DNA of 64,000 nucleotides from Tricharina praecox (Eukaryota). The stretch is from assembly GCF_024521635.1 (NCBI RefSeq), contig NW_026250407.1, positions 1,612,001 to 1,676,000 of the forward strand. The letters run 5' to 3'. Under the pieces are notes generated by a model. That model was not told the DNA's origin and made no database searches. It saw nothing but the letters and a program-made list of their open reading frames with translations. Below, piece by piece: positions 60,345 through 64,000 of this stretch. Each line of letters begins with the position of its first letter. Positions within the stretch are counted from its first letter, which is position 1. Made by a program: the position numbers and the translations under genes.

Positions 60345-62835
60345 CGGTAGTCACGACCGCTTGCATTCGGTAAATAGGCTCCAATATTTACTGAGAAACC
60401 ATATATTACACTTTGATAGGAACGCATATCGCGTATATACTGCTGCCTAGAGCCCCAGCGAAAATGTCAATGGTATAGTTGAGCTGGCTACGAGATGGCC
60501 GGCGCGACGAGCTTGAAATGACAAAACGTCATTGAGGATTCAGTTATTTGCGATAATATTTGAAATAAAAACAGACTATAAGGGCTCCCTCAACTCTAAG
60601 CAACCTCCTCGTCATCGCCCTTCACTTGGTCTTCCATATCCTTCCCGTGACCTACTAGTAGGTGGCAATCATGTTTGCTACGGTGTAGTTACTGCGATCC
60701 CTACGTAAAATTGCTTATCGGATGGCTTCTTCGCCGCCGAAGTGTCACTCTAGGCGCTAGATTGGTGGTGGGACGGGGTAGATTAGTGATCTGATAAGTA
60801 CGATCTGATAGTGGATTCCAGCGACAGTAGCAACCACAACCGAGTGATCTAGCGGAATTCGCTGTGAGTTGGGCGTCAAAAAAAAACCAAAATTAGGGCA
60901 ACGACTAGTGGTCGACGTCACCCATACAACGCGCGAGAATTTCCTCCACAAAACCTCTTCTCCTTTCCACATCACAACCCTGGTTCCACAAATCTCCTGC
61001 TGCCTTCTTTACTCAATCTCAGAAACGTTTCCACAACTTTCCTCCTCTTCGCTGCGCGATCTTTCGAACATTCCCACGACTCTCAGTTTTGTCTTCTCTG
61101 CTCGATCTCTCCAACATTCCCACAAAACTAACCAGCTTTTCTCCAGCTCAGTCTGGTTCCTCCCCTCCAGCTGAGTCTGGTTCATTCGCTCCAGCTCAGT
61201 CTGATTCCCCCGCTCGGGCTCAAGCTACCGCAAAGGCTCTAGCAGCATTCTCGCAAACCCGTTTCATGCGATGGTGCCCTTTTGGTACGGTCACGGGCCG
61301 GCGACGATGCTGGAGGCTGAGATGGAGGAGAGGAGGATGAGGGCGGGGTACTGAACACGGGGGTGGCCTGGGAGGGGGGGCGGTTTTTTCCGGCGGTTTC
61401 TTTTCTTTTCTTTTCTTTTTCTTTTTTTCGGCTGGGTTTTCCCCTCGATTTTTTCTTGGTTTTTGTTGTTGCCTGTGTTTTGCCGGGCATTTTTTCTTGT
61501 TGGCCGGCATTTTCTTGCCGGTCATTTTTTCTTGTTGCCGGGCTTTTTGTAGTATTTCAAAAGTCCTTTTTTCCTTATTTTGTGTATGATTTTGGGGTGA
61601 TTTCGCGGTGATTTTGGGTTTCGTTTTCTTCTCTTCTCTGCGGAGTGTGTAAAGTAGAATGTATGACGTAAGGATGTGGGCTCCTGGAAATGCCGGTCAT
61701 CTGATCTCGAGGTCGACCGGCCGCCGGCCGCCCTAGTTACTCGACTGTGCTAAACGGTACACACATACACAGATAAGTACATACCCACTTGAAAGCTAAT
61801 ATTCGAAAGCGATTTGGCAGTACCGGCCTTAAAGTACCGGTAGTAAGAAACAAAAGTTAATTGCAAGTTACCGGTCCTAAACAGTATTGATTGGCAGGAA
61901 GCGGTTCCGCTGCCACCAACCACCGCGCCAGTCACGGCACCAGCTACTACTAACTACTACTAGCAGAGTGCGCTCGGTACCGGCTATGGTATCGGTGGTT
62001 AATACCGCACTGGTGACTGCCCTGGAAGATTCTGCCCGTAACTATGGGCCGTAGCTTATATCTACTGCTCGGTACATGGCCCTGCTCAGCCAAGAAGGCC
62101 AATATGTCGAGGAAGCTACTCATGGCCTCGAGGGTGGCATTATTGTCGGTGGTGGCCGCGTGGAGAGAGGCGGTAGTGGCAGTTGTGGCAATAGCCGCCG
62201 TCGTTGAGATTGTGGTTGTAGAGGGTGGGAACGTGTGAGGGTTTTCGCTGTTATTTTCGTTCTCGGTGAGACGTTACTGTCAGATTGGTGGTGTGGGAGG
62301 AACAAGGTGGTTGGAAGAAGCAAGTGAAAGAGATAGATGTGTGGGAGAAGAACCCCGATGAGGTGCTTGGATCTGAATCGCTGTTGAGAGTTGTTATTCA
62401 AGCGTGTCGCGGCGTTCGAGGCATGCGATGTCACTTGTGAACCAAGTGATGCTTAGTGGAGGGCTGCCCGACAATCACGGAGAAGCGGATAGTTGCGACA
62501 GCTTGCTTGCTGAACACTAGCTCTGGTACGTACAGAGAGACCGTGGGTGGTATTTCCAGAGAAACGGATGTGGCATATATTTCGCTGCCTCGAGCCCCCA
62601 GCCGCCAAGTCCATGGTCACTATAGCGGAGCTGGCTGCGAGCCTGCGACAACCATCTGGTACATAAGTGTCGCAGCCGGCGGCCAGCGTGACGAGCTCGA
62701 AAGGATACACAGCCATTGAGGATGCAGTTATTTCCGATACTATTTGAAAGAATAAAACAAAATAACGGCTCCCTGAGCTCTGAGCAACCTCCTCGTCATC
62801 GCCCTCTTGCTTATCTTACATATCCATCTCGTCAA
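60345..62835 (+). repeat. Diverged direct repeat of about 300 bp (60345-60650 vs 62490-62835)
   Basis: Shared gctgcct.gagcccc, gagctggct.cgag, cattgaggat.cagttattt.cgata.tatttgaaa and agcaacctcctcgtcatcgccct. Confidence 0.8.
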
Positions 62836-63574
62836 TTTTCTCCTTCATGGATCTTCTCCTTGTTCTTCTCGTTCTCCTCCTAGTCTTCCACCAGCTCCTT
62901 CCTCTGTTCGCCTCCCATGTTGTTCTTGTCGGCTTTCACATCCACGTCGGCGGGGGTGCCGGCGGCCGCAGCGTTGTCGTCATCTTCGATCGCGAAACTG
63001 AGGGCCAGTTCTGCGAGGAAGGCCAAGATTTCCAGATCTGGCGAGGAACACTCTCACGAGATACTTGAAACTGAATCGCTGTTGAGAGTCGTTATTGATG
63101 CTTTTTGCAGCGGCCAAGGCATAGGATATCACTCGCACGCCGAGTGTTGCTGTGTGAAGAGCTGGCCAAAAACCAGGGTGCAGTGGGTAGTTAGGACAGC
63201 TTGGATACCGTACGTTGGTTCTCGCCAAGTTAGTTGATGTAAATCTACAAAAGTAGAGGAGGCGGGGTTTCCGACCTCGCGCAGGGTTTCCCGCGATCGG
63301 GACCGCCCACGGTGGCATATGCGATATTGAAAGCCTAACGATTGGAAATTATGGTCGGATGAATATTGGGGAGTATGGAATCACAATGACACTAGGTATT
63401 ACACTCAGCGAGCTGGCAACATACCCACCTCATGCACCCGGAAATACATATCAGTACAGATGCAGTTGACCTTAGGCTATCCAGGTAATAGCAACATCAC
63501 GGAAGCATTACATCAGGCATGAAGCGCACACGGTTAATTCATTGTAGGATTGACTCTAGTCACCAAACAGGAAT

Positions 63575-64000
63575 ATATCCCAGATCGTGCCCCACCCCGA
63601 TTCTCAACATGCAAAGGCATAGGCCATTATGCCTCTACGTGCAGAAAGGCGCATTCATAGGCATTGTTACTCTTGGGGGAGTCCTGGGTTGTATGGTCCA
63701 GTAATGCTGCAGACGACAATCAATTGATGTTCTCTCTCTTGTATTATGTACTGACACTGCTGGGCTTAATGTGGACTATCCTCGTCCCCCATAAAAATAA
63801 TGAATCATCCTCGTCCCCCCCGTGAAAGTTAAGCTCCTCAATTACTACATGCTATGCATCCTCGTCCTCGCTGTCCTCGCTGTCCTCGTCGTTGGAAACT
63901 AGGTTCTGCGTCGGACCCGGCCCGACCCCCATGCTCTCGATCTCCTCCCTCAACCTCGGGGAGAAACCCTCCATTATCACGTCCGCCTGATGGACAATCC
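63575..64000 (-). repeat. Inverted segmental duplicate of about 34046-34850, lacking MITE A
   Basis: Reverse complement aligns with the end of the 705-aa gene, its 3' flank, the putative pogo end and the CCHC relic (here RAPPRFSTCKGIGHYASTC on +). Confidence 0.9.
63852..64000 (-). CDS. 3' end of a paralog of the 32081-34198 gene (runs off the window)
   Basis: IVHQADVIMEGFSPRLREEIESMGVGPGPTQNLVSNDEDSEDSEDEDA* vs IVHQADVIMDDFSPRLRGKIESMGVGPDPTQGLGFDEEDNGENEDDEDE*. Confidence 0.8.
   Translation of the reverse strand, partial: IVHQADVIMEGFSPRLREEIESMGVGPGPTQNLVSNDEDSEDSEDEDA

Noticed and set aside
1..64000. Starship or other giant element, secondary-metabolite cluster, rRNA or tRNA genes
   Set aside because: No tyrosine recombinase, PKS/NRPS, intact transposase or RNA-gene signature was recognisable by eye. 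tRNAscan-SE and Infernal were not run.

Overview
Eukaryotic DNA, very probably a filamentous ascomycete: short GT-AG introns with CTRAY branch sites, moderate GC, no AT-rich RIP-decayed repeats. A Pezizomycete-like origin is an inference only. The supplied ORF track ignores splicing, so I rebuilt several genes by hand. Recognisable genes: a Dabb (stress-responsive A/B barrel) protein, an EEP/DNase I-like phosphodiesterase, a frameshifted HSL-type alpha/beta hydrolase, a RanBP2-type zinc-finger microprotein and a degenerate FHA-like protein. There are also two paralogous secreted 8-Cys preproproteins 25 kb apart with a conserved intron position, and about eight low-complexity orphan genes built from internal duplications. 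One of these has three near-identical 51-nt introns and another has six phase-1 introns. Mobile DNA: three non-autonomous hAT-type MITE families (7 copies, 5 with matching or near-matching 8-bp TSDs), a pogo/Tc1-like relic, a Ty1/copia gag relic, and two arrangements of tandem units in inverted orientation around gene fragments. An inverted segmental duplication (34 kb vs 63.6-64 kb) preserves an empty MITE site. No rRNA, tRNA, CRISPR array or intact transposase was seen. Overall this is an accessory region with much gene duplication and decay. I could not show a single new multi-gene system. The best candidates for novelty are the secreted Cys-rich family, the inverted tandem-arm elements and the shared MAR(L/F)TH N-terminus.
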